Positions 30,193 through 39,208 of a DNA stretch of 64,000 nt are shown piece after piece (the stretch's first letter is position 1; each line of letters begins with the position of its first letter). The DNA is taken from the NCBI GenBank assembly GCA_031409335.1, contig JANNWY010000212.1, positions 41,471 to 105,470 of the forward strand. Reading direction: 5' to 3'. The notes below the pieces were generated by a model. The model saw only the letters and a list, made by a program, of their open reading frames with translations. It did not search any database and was not told where the DNA came from. Position numbers and translations under genes: made by a program. The stretch comes from Chthoniobacteraceae bacterium. GTDB taxonomy: Bacteria; Verrucomicrobiota; Verrucomicrobiia; Chthoniobacterales; Chthoniobacteraceae.

Positions 30193-32514
30193 ATGAAAGG
30201 GCAGATGTTCGCCGTGGGCATCGTGATGGCGTGCGGGCTGGCGATGATGATCATGGCGCGCAGCCTCATTTTTTCACTCGAATCCACGCGCGACGCGTAC
30301 TACGAGCGCAATCGGTTCGCCGATGTTTTCAGCAGCCTAAAACGCGCGCCGAATTCGCTGCGGTCGCGGCTCGCGGAAATCCCCGGGGTCGCCGCCGCCG
30401 AGACGCGCGTGGTGGGAAGTCTGACGCTCGATTTACCGGGTCTCGCGGAGCCCGCGGATGGCACGATCCTCTCGCTTCCCGAAGATCGGCCACCGCAATT
30501 GAACCGGCTCTACCTGCGGCGCGGGCGTCTCCCGGAAGCGGGGAGCCAAAACGAAATCGTCGCGGGCGAAGCGTTCGCGCTCGCGCATGGATTCGAGCCG
30601 GGGAATACCATCGAGGCAACGATCTACGGTGCGCGGCAGACGTTAAAAATCGTCGGCATCGCGCTCTCGCCGGAATACGTCTTCGAGGCGCGCGCGGGCG
30701 AGACGCTGCCGGACAACCGGCGCTTCGGCGTCTTCTGGATGAACGAGCGCGAACTCGCGACCGCGCTCGATCTCGATGGCGCATTCAACAACGTGCTGCT
30801 CGATGTCGCGCCCGGCGGTGATCGCGTTGGCGTGATCAAGGAACTCGATCGACTGCTCGCGCCATACGGCGGGCTCGTCGCGTACGACCGGCGCGATCAT
30901 CCATCCGCGCTCCGGCTCAATGACGAAATCGGCGTCCTCCGCGCACTCTCCGTCGTGTTCCCGATCGTCTTCCTGAGCATCGCCGCATTCATGACGAGCG
31001 CGGTGCTCACCCGGCTGATCCGGCTCCAGCGCGAGCAGATCGCGCAGCTCAAGGCGCTCGGCTATTCGTCGCGCGAAGTGGGGATGCACTACATCAAATT
31101 TGGCCTCTTCATCGTGGCGATCGGCACGGTCATCGGCGGCATCGCGGGCATGTGGCTCGGGAGTGCGGTCGTCGGCGTTTATCACCAGTTCTTCCGCTTC
31201 CCGTCGCTCACGTTTCACCCGAATTACCCCGCCGTCGGCATCGCGCTGCTCGTGAGCTGCGGCGCGGCGCTCGTGGGTGTGCTCGGCGCGGTCGGGCAGG
31301 CGATGCGGCTCCCGCCCGCGGAGGCGATGCGGCCCGAGCCGCCTGCGGATTTCAAGGAGTCGCTCGCCGAGCGCATCGGCCTGGCAAACCTGGTCTCGCC
31401 AGCATTCCGCATGGCTTTGAGAAATTTGGAGCGCAAGCCGTGGCAAGCCGTCTTCACCACGCTCGGCCTCGCGCTCGCGACCGGAATTCCCATCGTCCCC
31501 GGCGCGATGCGCGATGGCATCAATCATCTGCTCGGCTTCCAGTGGGATCAGGCGCAGCGGCAGAATGTGACCGTGAATTTCATCGAGCCCGGCTCCGCAT
31601 CGTCACTCACCGATTTGGTGAATCTACCCGGTGTGATGATCGCCGAGCCTTTCCGCAATGTGCCCGCGCGGCTGCGTTTCGGCCATCGCTCGCGTCGGCT
31701 CGGCGTCACCGGGCGGCCTTTGAATGCGACGTTGAGCCGCGTGCTCGACGCGAAAGGAAATCCGCTTTCGCTTTCACCCGGTGGCCTGCTCATCTCGGCG
31801 AAGCTTGCCGAAATCCTCGGCGCAAAACCGGGCGACCGCATTTCTCTGGAAATCCAGGAAGGCCGCCGGCCCACCGTCGAGGCCACGATCGACGGGCTCA
31901 TCACCGACTACACCGGCATCATCGCCGTCATGGAGATCGGCGCGCTGCACCGGCTGCTGCGCGAAGGCGGCAGCATCAGCGGCGCGCATCTCGCAGTCGA
32001 TGCCGCGCAGTGGCCGCGCTTTCTGGGAAAGGTGAAAGAAGCCCCGCGCATCGGCAGCCTCGGCATCAAGGAAGCGTCGCGCGCGAGCTTTCGGAAAACG
32101 ACGGCGGAATCCATCGGCATGATCCAGACCCTGTATTTCAGCTTCGCGACGGTCGTGGCATTTGGCGTCGTGTACAACAGCGCGCGCATCGCCCTGAGCG
32201 AACGCAGCCGCGACCTCGCCACGCTGCGCGTCATCGGCTTCACCCACCGCGAAGTCGCGTCCGTGCTCGTCGGCGAACTCGCGCTCCTCACGCTCCTCGC
32301 GCTCCCCGTCGGCCTCGCGATCGGCAGCGGCCTCGCCTACGGGATCGTCACCGCCGCCAGCACGGAAACCGTCCGCCTTCCCCTCGTGCTGAGCAGCCGC
32401 AGCTACTCGACCGCCGTGCTCATCGTGCTGCTTTCCTCCGCCGCATCGTTCGCAGTCGTGAGCCTGCGCCTGCACAAGCTCGACCTACTCGGCGTCTTGA
32501 AAGCGCACGAGTGA
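30193..32514 (+). CDS. ABC exporter permease (FtsX-like, duplicated); true start may be upstream (~30145)
   Basis: QREQIAQLKALGY and ERSRDLATLRVIGF permease motifs, multiple TMs. Confidence 0.9.
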   Translation: MKGQMFAVGIVMACGLAMMIMARSLIFSLESTRDAYYERNRFADVFSSLKRAPNSLRSRLAEIPGVAAAETRVVGSLTLDLPGLAEPADGTILSLPEDRPPQLNRLYLRRGRLPEAGSQNEIVAGEAFALAHGFEPGNTIEATIYGARQTLKIVGIALSPEYVFEARAGETLPDNRRFGVFWMNERELATALDLDGAFNNVLLDVAPGGDRVGVIKELDRLLAPYGGLVAYDRRDHPSALRLNDEIGVLRALSVVFPIVFLSIAAFMTSAVLTRLIRLQREQIAQLKALGYSSREVGMHYIKFGLFIVAIGTVIGGIAGMWLGSAVVGVYHQFFRFPSLTFHPNYPAVGIALLVSCGAALVGVLGAVGQAMRLPPAEAMRPEPPADFKESLAERIGLANLVSPAFRMALRNLERKPWQAVFTTLGLALATGIPIVPGAMRDGINHLLGFQWDQAQRQNVTVNFIEPGSASSLTDLVNLPGVMIAEPFRNVPARLRFGHRSRRLGVTGRPLNATLSRVLDAKGNPLSLSPGGLLISAKLAEILGAKPGDRISLEIQEGRRPTVEATIDGLITDYTGIIAVMEIGALHRLLREGGSISGAHLAVDAAQWPRFLGKVKEAPRIGSLGIKEASRASFRKTTAESIGMIQTLYFSFATVVAFGVVYNSARIALSERSRDLATLRVIGFTHREVASVLVGELALLTLLALPVGLAIGSGLAYGIVTAASTETVRLPLVLSSRSYSTAVLIVLLSSAASFAVVSLRLHKLDLLGVLKAHE

Positions 32515-32555
32515 ATCCATTTGCCGACGCGGAGCTTAAGCGGCTTACTTTTCGC

Positions 32556-32879
32556 ATGGTTTCCATGACGGACATCCAGACCTATTGCGACGCCATCGGG
32601 GCGGCGTTCAAGCCTCATCGGATCATCCTTTTCGGCTCCCATGCCTATGGAAAGCCGCACGCGGATTCCGACGTGGACGTGTTTGTAATGATGCCGAAAT
32701 CGCGACAGCTTGGTCGGCGCGCTTCGCTGAAAATCCGGGAAAAAGTGAACGCTGATTTTCCGGTGGATATCGTCGTGCGCGATCCCGCGTTTGTCGCGGA
32801 GCGGCTGCGCGAGGGGGATACGTTCCTGGAAGAAATTACCGTCAAAGGCCGCGTGATGTATGAAGGCGGCGACGCGTGA
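32556..32879 (+). CDS. Minimal nucleotidyltransferase (MNT) antitoxin-like
   Basis: IILFGSHAYG...DSDVD motif; ATG 32556 or 32565; overlaps the HEPN gene. Confidence 0.88.
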   Translation: MVSMTDIQTYCDAIGAAFKPHRIILFGSHAYGKPHADSDVDVFVMMPKSRQLGRRASLKIREKVNADFPVDIVVRDPAFVAERLREGDTFLEEITVKGRVMYEGGDA

Positions 32880-33240
32880 CTGGATTCGGAAGGCGGAGGG
32901 CGACTACCTCGCGGCGGTCGCGTTGTCGCGCCGGAGAAAAGTCCCGCTGCACGATCAGGTGTGTTTTCACTGCCAGCAGAGCGCGGAAAAATATCTCAAG
33001 GCGCGACTCGAAGAAGCCGGGATTCCTTCGCCAAAAACTCATGATTTGGAAAAACTGCTTATTCTTGTGACGCACGTCGAACCACTTTGGTCGGCGCTCG
33101 GATTGCATCTGAAACGTCTCACGGATTACGCGGTTAATTTCAGATATCCCGGGAGCGAAGCGACCGCCCGGGAAGCCAAAACAGCGCTGGCGGATTGCAA
33201 AGCGATGCGAAAAGAAGCGCGAATCGCCCTTCACCTGTAG
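32860..33240 (+). CDS. HEPN domain protein
   Basis: WIRKAEGD, CFHCQQSAEKYLKA, KTHDL, FRYPG. Confidence 0.88.
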   Translation: MKAATRDWIRKAEGDYLAAVALSRRRKVPLHDQVCFHCQQSAEKYLKARLEEAGIPSPKTHDLEKLLILVTHVEPLWSALGLHLKRLTDYAVNFRYPGSEATAREAKTALADCKAMRKEARIALHL

Positions 33241-33243
33241 GAT

Positions 33244-34506
33244 TTGAAAATGCCATCCGCCGCATCGTCAGCCCGCGCCGAGTCGCAGCTTGCAAAGAGT
33301 CGCCAGCGCAAGAATGGCGCGTGGCGGAAGCTCGTGCCCTACGCGCTGGCCGCCGCGCTGCTCGCCGCGATCGTTTACGGGTTTTTGCCAAAGCCGATCG
33401 AAGTCGAGATCGCGTCCGTGACCACGGGGCCGCTCACGGTTTCCGTGCTGGAGGAAGGCAAGACGCGCATCCGGCATCGCTACACGATTTCGCCGCCGAT
33501 CGCTGGATTTCTCAATCGCGTGGAGCTGCGCGCGGGCGCTCCGATTGAAAAAGGCAGGACGGTGCTCGCCACGATGCAGCCGCAACTCGCGAGCTTTCTC
33601 GATCCGCGTTCGCGGGCCGAGGCGGAGGCGCGGGTGAAAGGCGCGGAGGCGGCGAAGATGCGCGCGCAGGCGGAAGTGGAGCGCGCCCGCGATTCGCTGG
33701 GGCTGGCGGAGAAGGAGCGCGTGCGCGCGGTGGATTTGAAGAAAAAGGGGGTCGCGTCGCAAAAGGAATTCGACATCGCGGAAGCGCAGGCAGCGATGAG
33801 CGGGCGCGAATTGCGCGCGGCGGAATTTGCGCTGGAAGTCGCGGGATTCGAAAAGACCCAGGCAGATGCCGCGCTGATGCAGACGCAATCGCCGGGCGAG
33901 GTCGCCGCGAAACCGGTCGAGATCATCGCGCCGGTGAACGGTTTTGTGCTCACCGTTTTCGAGGAAAGCGCGCGCGTCGTGGCGCAGGGCACGCCGATCA
34001 TGGAAGTGGGCGATCCGGCGGATCTCGAGGCGGAGATCGAACTGCTTTCCAGCGATGCCGTGGGTGTGCAGCCGGGCGCGGAAGTTTCCATCGAGCAATG
34101 GGGCGGCGGGAAACCGTTGCGCGGAACGGTGACGCTGATCGAGCCCGGCGGCTTCACGAAAATCTCCGCGCTCGGAGTCGAGGAGCAGCGCGTGAAGGTG
34201 CGCGTGAATTTTGCCGAACCCATCCCGCCCGAGCACCCGCTCGGCGATCGCTTCCGAGTCGAGGCGCGCATCGTCACTTGGAAAAGCGAGCGCGTTCTCC
34301 AAGTGCCGACTGGCGCGCTTTTCCGCCGGGGCGGTGACTGGATGGCGTTCCTCTTCGACGGTGGAAAAGCGCGCATCACGAAAGTCGAAATCGCCCACAA
34401 CAACGGCGTCGCCGCCGAAGTCGTGAGCGGCCTGAGCGAAGGCCAGCGCGTCCTGCTTCATCCGCCGGATACCGTGGCCGACGGTGCGGCGGTGAAGCCG
34501 CGTTGA
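33244..34506 (+). CDS. Membrane fusion / periplasmic adaptor (HlyD family)
   Basis: N-terminal TM, EEGKTR, coiled coil, APVNG, KISALGVEEQRV. Confidence 0.9.
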   Translation: MKMPSAASSARAESQLAKSRQRKNGAWRKLVPYALAAALLAAIVYGFLPKPIEVEIASVTTGPLTVSVLEEGKTRIRHRYTISPPIAGFLNRVELRAGAPIEKGRTVLATMQPQLASFLDPRSRAEAEARVKGAEAAKMRAQAEVERARDSLGLAEKERVRAVDLKKKGVASQKEFDIAEAQAAMSGRELRAAEFALEVAGFEKTQADAALMQTQSPGEVAAKPVEIIAPVNGFVLTVFEESARVVAQGTPIMEVGDPADLEAEIELLSSDAVGVQPGAEVSIEQWGGGKPLRGTVTLIEPGGFTKISALGVEEQRVKVRVNFAEPIPPEHPLGDRFRVEARIVTWKSERVLQVPTGALFRRGGDWMAFLFDGGKARITKVEIAHNNGVAAEVVSGLSEGQRVLLHPPDTVADGAAVKPR

Positions 34507-34573
34507 AGACTTGTTTCGCGCCGCCGCCGTCGCTTAAGTGCCGCTCTTCAAATTTCCCAAACCGACTTTCCCA

Positions 34574-35815
34574 ATGCCCATCTACATCGAAATGCCGAAG
34601 CTCAGCGATACCATGACCGAGGGCACGCTCCTCAAGTGGATCAAACAGGTGGGCGATAAAGTGGAGAGCGGTGATGTGGTGGCCGAGGTCGAGACGGATA
34701 AGGCGACGATGGAAATGGAGGCGTTTGACGATGGCATTTTGCACAAGCATCTTGTCGCGCCTGGCGCAAAAGTGGCGATTGGCGGAAGAATCGCGCTGCT
34801 TTTGCAAAAGGGCGAAAAGGCTCCCGCGGAAGGCGAGGCGATTCCTGAAAGCCCGCGGAACATCGCCGCGAAAGCGGACACGACTGCGCCGCCGGTGCAG
34901 GCAAAGGCTCCCGCTGCCACAGGGGCGGCTGCGAGTGGTGCGCGGGTGAAGGTCTCGCCGCTGGCGAAAAAGATCGCGGCTTCAAAAGGCGTGGAGCTTT
35001 CCAACGTCAGCGGCACAGGCCCCGGCGGGCGGATCGTGGCGAAGGATGTCGAGAGCGCGGGAACGTCCAACGTTCAACGTTCAACTTCCAACGTCCAAAT
35101 CCCTGCCACGCCGGCGGGCGCGGGCGATCAGCGTTTGCCGCTCAGCGGGATGCGCCGGATCATCGCCGAACGACTCCTCACCAGCAAAACGACCATCCCG
35201 CATTTCTATCTCCACATCGAAGTCGATGCCGGGCCACTGATGAAGGCGCGCGCTGCGTTGAACGCGGTGACCGAGGCCTCTGGCGGACCGAAATTTACAG
35301 TCAACGATTTCATCCTGAAAGCGGTCGTGAGCGCGGCGGTGAAAGTGCCCGCGGTGAATGCCAGCTTTGCGGGCGACGCCATCATTCAATACGGCAGCGT
35401 GAATCTCAGCGTCGCGGTCGCGGTCGAGGACGGACTCGTCACGCCCGTCATCCGCGATGCGCAGAAAAAATCGCTGCGCGAAATCAGCGAAGGCGTGAAA
35501 GACCTCGCGACCCGCGCGCGTGGCAAAAAGCTAAAACCCGAGGAATACGCAGGCGGCACCATCACCGTTTCGAATCTCGGCGCGTACGGCATCGAATCCT
35601 TCAGCGCGATCATCAATCCGCCGCAGGCCATGATCCTCGCCATCGGTGCGATCGTGAAAAAGCCGGTGGTGAATGACGAAGGGCAGATCGTCGTGGGCCA
35701 GCGCATGAGCGTCGGCCTGAGCGCGGATCACCGCGTGGTCGATGGCGCAGTCGGTGCGACCTATCTCGCGGAATTGCGGAAGCTCATCGAGCATCCGACG
35801 CTGATGCTGCTGTAG
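34574..35815 (+). CDS. pdhC: Pyruvate dehydrogenase E2 (dihydrolipoamide acetyltransferase)
   Basis: Lipoyl domain VETDKATME, E3-binding SPLAKK..GTGPGGRI, catalytic DHRVVDGA. Confidence 0.93.
   Translation: MPIYIEMPKLSDTMTEGTLLKWIKQVGDKVESGDVVAEVETDKATMEMEAFDDGILHKHLVAPGAKVAIGGRIALLLQKGEKAPAEGEAIPESPRNIAAKADTTAPPVQAKAPAATGAAASGARVKVSPLAKKIAASKGVELSNVSGTGPGGRIVAKDVESAGTSNVQRSTSNVQIPATPAGAGDQRLPLSGMRRIIAERLLTSKTTIPHFYLHIEVDAGPLMKARAALNAVTEASGGPKFTVNDFILKAVVSAAVKVPAVNASFAGDAIIQYGSVNLSVAVAVEDGLVTPVIRDAQKKSLREISEGVKDLATRARGKKLKPEEYAGGTITVSNLGAYGIESFSAIINPPQAMILAIGAIVKKPVVNDEGQIVVGQRMSVGLSADHRVVDGAVGATYLAELRKLIEHPTLMLL
35062..35098 (+). repeat. Heptamer tandem repeat inside the pdhC linker
   Basis: aacgtcc aacgttc aacgttc aacttcc aacgtcc aa, read as TSNVQRSTSNVQ. 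Confidence 0.75.
35753..35815 (+). repeat. pdhC 3'-end direct repeat, copy 1 (functional)
   Basis: Encodes GATYLAELRKLIEHPTLMLL*. Confidence 0.9.
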
Positions 35816-35857
35816 GCGTGGGTTGCCTTTCCGCGAGCGTTGCGTCATCGTCTCGGA

Positions 35858-36511
35858 ATGGTCGTTCAGACGCCAACGCCGAAACCCGCCCGCAATGGAG
35901 GGGCGTCGCGCATCACCTTCGGCCCGCTTGCCGACCGGTTCGGAGTGTCGCTGCCGCGGGCGATGTCGGAGGATGAATTTTTCAACTTCTGCCAGGCCAA
36001 CGATCCCATGCGCATCGAGCGCACTCACGAAGGAGAAATCATCATGATGGCACCGACCGGCGGCGAATCCGGAAATCAAAGCGGAGAAACTTTTGGCCAA
36101 CTTCGAGACTGGGCTCGCCGCGATGGCGATGGCATAGCTTTCGACTCTTCGGCAGGCTTCGTTCTCCCGAACGGAGCCATGCGCGCGCCCGACGTGGCGT
36201 GGGTGCGCCGCAAACGGCTCGCGACATTGACCGCGGAACAGAAGCGCAAATTTCTCCCACTCTGCCCCGACTTCGTGATCGAAGTGCGCTCCCCCACCGA
36301 TCGCATCGCCAAGCTCAAGGAAAAGATGGCCGAATACCTCGCCAACGGCGCGCAACTCGGCTGGCTGATCGAGCCCGACCAGCGCCGGGTCCACGTCTAT
36401 TCGCCCGACGGTCGCGTCGAGATTCTCAAAAATCCGCGAAGCATCTCGGGCGATCCGTTGCTCCCCGGTTTCACGCTCGATCTCCAGCCGATTTGGGAAC
36501 CGGGCTGGTAG
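35858..36511 (+). CDS. Uma2 family PD-(D/E)XK endonuclease
   Basis: GEIIMMAP, RAPDVAWV, PDFVIEVRSPTD, KMAEYLANGAQLGWLI. Confidence 0.92.
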   Translation: MVVQTPTPKPARNGGASRITFGPLADRFGVSLPRAMSEDEFFNFCQANDPMRIERTHEGEIIMMAPTGGESGNQSGETFGQLRDWARRDGDGIAFDSSAGFVLPNGAMRAPDVAWVRRKRLATLTAEQKRKFLPLCPDFVIEVRSPTDRIAKLKEKMAEYLANGAQLGWLIEPDQRRVHVYSPDGRVEILKNPRSISGDPLLPGFTLDLQPIWEPGW

Positions 36512-36534
36512 GCGGCGTGCGTCGCAGATTGACC

Positions 36535-36597
36535 GGCGCGACCTACCTCGCGGAACTGCGGAAGCTGATCGAGAATCCGACGCTGATGTTGTTGTAA
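36535..36597 (+). repeat. pdhC 3'-end direct repeat, copy 2
   Basis: Encodes GATYLAELRKLIENPTLMLL*; 55/63 nt identical to copy 1. Confidence 0.9.
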
Positions 36598-36620
36598 GTC
36601 TGTTGTCGGTTGGACGCGTT

Positions 36621-38117
36621 TTACTGTCCGTTTAGTTTCCCGCGACTGATTTTGAGAGTCGATTTCAGGTTCTTTTGAGTCGCGGGGTTGGAGGTTTCCA
36701 CGGTTTTCTTGGTCAAAGCTTCATAGATATTCACCTTTAAGTCCCCCGCCCAGCCATTGGTGTACGCGTTGCTCACGCCGATTTCCATGCCTGGCCCGCT
36801 CGGAACTTTCAGGACCACCGTTGCTTCCACCTGACTCGGCGAGCGGTCGATGACCGTCTTTTCAAAGCCGAAAGCGCGCTCGCTTTTAACAAAGCCAATA
36901 TCGTCACGATCCCAACCGCTTACAAAATGTGGCGGCACGATGAGCTTGGCGACGGCCTCGGCTGTGCTCGGAAAGGTCAGTTCGCATACTGCGGACGGAC
37001 CCGAAAAGCTGATCAAAAGGGATGCGGTCAGTTCTTTGGTTGGCATCCCAGCCTTTCCTTCGCGAAAGGAAGCTTCCCAATCGTTGAGTTCGATGCACGC
37101 AATTTTCCAACGGGGGATGAGCACTGGCTGACCCAGCCCCGACTTTAGCCGGACAGAGTATTCATCCATGCTAAGCATCCGGCCCGTCACTAACTGGTAG
37201 TCCAGGAGGAATATCCTCGCTTCCGTCGTGTCTTTCGGTGACGAGGGAGAAGGTTGGGGAGGCAAAGTCCTGACATTGGGAACGATGACCTCATTGCACG
37301 AAACACAGTCCACCTTATACGGTTGCAGGCTGGCTTTCAGCTTTGCCAGCGGCACTTCGAACCGGCTCCAAAATTCCTTGATCGGCTTTTTCAATGCCAC
37401 CAACTCCTTACCATCCGTTGGATTGAGAAAGCGGATATTGAACGATCCGGCAAAACCATTTGCCCGATTGCAAAGCACTTCGCATTCGAGCAGATCGATA
37501 GCCGGGATCAGGAGCGTGACGTCCGCGGAGAGACTGGTTACTGAACGATCATTGCCTCCTTTTTCGAACCACACGCTCGTTCGATCAGTCCCGGCCTTGT
37601 CGTCCGTATCCTGTCCCGCGGTGAATTTTGGTTGCCCATCCACCTTGGAAATGATCGTGCCCCGGGTGAAGAGGATCGTCGCCGCCTCCGCCTCGCCCTC
37701 GCAGACGATCCGAACCTTTACTTCTTGTTTATCCTGCCGCTTCTCAGGCGAAAGCCAGTCCGTTAGCTGCATCAGGCTGACCTCGGCCCTTTGAAAGGTC
37801 TGCGTCTGCCCACCCATGTCAAAACCAACGGTCGTCGCGTCGATCTTCGTCACCCGTCCGTTGATCCATCCACGATTGACGAGGAACAGGCGATCAACTC
37901 CTTCCTGTGCAGGTTCGCTCTTGAGCCCCGTTTGCCACGACATCTCCGCTGGTATGGGGTCAGCATAGCCATTGGCTGAAAGCAGTAACAGGCAGCATCC
38001 AGCCAAAGTTATCCGCTTGATTGTCTGGATCTCGGATCCCGAAGTCGAGCGGGCGAGAACCGCCGTTTTGGTGAACGCGGCCAGGAATGGTTGCGAGCGA
38101 AGTATGTTTTGTTTCAT
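36621..38117 (-). CDS. Hypothetical exported protein with an internal two-fold duplication
   Basis: ATG 38117; hydrophobic LAGCCLLLLSANGYA; two similar halves; A/T-richer than the backbone. Confidence 0.65.
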   Translation of the reverse strand: MKQNILRSQPFLAAFTKTAVLARSTSGSEIQTIKRITLAGCCLLLLSANGYADPIPAEMSWQTGLKSEPAQEGVDRLFLVNRGWINGRVTKIDATTVGFDMGGQTQTFQRAEVSLMQLTDWLSPEKRQDKQEVKVRIVCEGEAEAATILFTRGTIISKVDGQPKFTAGQDTDDKAGTDRTSVWFEKGGNDRSVTSLSADVTLLIPAIDLLECEVLCNRANGFAGSFNIRFLNPTDGKELVALKKPIKEFWSRFEVPLAKLKASLQPYKVDCVSCNEVIVPNVRTLPPQPSPSSPKDTTEARIFLLDYQLVTGRMLSMDEYSVRLKSGLGQPVLIPRWKIACIELNDWEASFREGKAGMPTKELTASLLISFSGPSAVCELTFPSTAEAVAKLIVPPHFVSGWDRDDIGFVKSERAFGFEKTVIDRSPSQVEATVVLKVPSGPGMEIGVSNAYTNGWAGDLKVNIYEALTKKTVETSNPATQKNLKSTLKISRGKLNGQ

Positions 38118-38155
38118 AATAAGTATTTGTTGAGCACGAATAGATGGCTTGCCTT

Positions 38156-39157
38156 TCATAAACCGGGTGGATGGCGCAAAACAAAGTTGGCAGCGTAACG
38201 CGGGGACGTGCTCCACCGTGGACCGGATTCACCAATACCGCGGTGGCCGCCGGTATCGAAGCGCAATCCGCACACGGTCATGAAGACGTGGCCCCGGCCG
38301 GCGTAGATCGTGATCCAGCGACCGGGCCCAGGTTGCCCATACGACCCGAAGCTGCTCGAGGTCAGAGCCCCGGCGAGAAGCCCGGCCTTCCGCAGCACGT
38401 AGGAAACGCTGCCGGAACAATCGTAACCTGAGTCTTCCATTTGACGATGGCCGCCACCCCACTTGTACGGCTTGTTCTGGAGCATGTTTCCCGCGGCGAT
38501 GGCGCGCTGCACTTCATGGGGAGCTTCGGTCGGCACGGCGACAAAGCGCCCCAGCGGCAACCGGAACGGCGGCAGCACCTCCCGGACTGCCTCAGGCGCG
38601 CTTGGCGAAAAACCCGCGGCCACCAATTCCTCAGCCAGGACCAGCGGCCAGCGCTCGTTCTGAAAGAACCCGCGATTGATGGCAAGATGGCGCCGGACGC
38701 GGGCGATGAATTCGCCGTGAAAAGCCGAACCCGCGCTGGCCAGGGCGGGATACCGCTGCATCGCTTCGGTCTGCGCCGGTTTGGAGGCATCCAAGAGAAC
38801 AGCCGACTCCGCCGCGGAGTCGCCGGACTTGGGCGCGGAAACGTCGGAGGGCACACCCGCCGCTGCGACTTCTGCTGCCAGCAAGAGGGGCCACCGCTCA
38901 TTTTGCAAGAACGCCACATTTTCCACCCGGTATTTCTCCGCGCGCGCGAGAAATTCGCGATGGAAAGGCGACCCCGCGCGGCTCAGTTGCGGATACTTTG
39001 CGATCGCCTCGGCTTGGGCGGATATCGCGGCACGCAGCGCCGCGCGCGGCGCATTCGGCGGCAGCACGACCGCCTCTTCCGCGACGAGCCTCGCGGCTAC
39101 GGCGAAGAATAACGTGAGGCAGGACTTCGAGCCGTATTGTTGGTGGCTGATTTTCAT
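38156..39157 (-). CDS. NlpC/P60 peptidoglycan endopeptidase with two N-terminal unnamed repeats
   Basis: PYKWGGGH, GYDCSGSVSY (catalytic Cys), GHVFM. Confidence 0.85.
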   Translation of the reverse strand: MKISHQQYGSKSCLTLFFAVAARLVAEEAVVLPPNAPRAALRAAISAQAEAIAKYPQLSRAGSPFHREFLARAEKYRVENVAFLQNERWPLLLAAEVAAAGVPSDVSAPKSGDSAAESAVLLDASKPAQTEAMQRYPALASAGSAFHGEFIARVRRHLAINRGFFQNERWPLVLAEELVAAGFSPSAPEAVREVLPPFRLPLGRFVAVPTEAPHEVQRAIAAGNMLQNKPYKWGGGHRQMEDSGYDCSGSVSYVLRKAGLLAGALTSSSFGSYGQPGPGRWITIYAGRGHVFMTVCGLRFDTGGHRGIGESGPRWSTSPRYAANFVLRHPPGL

Positions 39158-39208
39158 ATTGAGTTCCTTCGATCGGATGCTTGGGATTTTAGTGCGGATG
39201 GATTCGCG

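Noticed and set aside
36199..36597. 132-aa ORF ending in a pdhC-like C-terminus
   Set aside because: Off-frame shadow of Uma2 that happens to run into tail copy 2; no domain content of its own.
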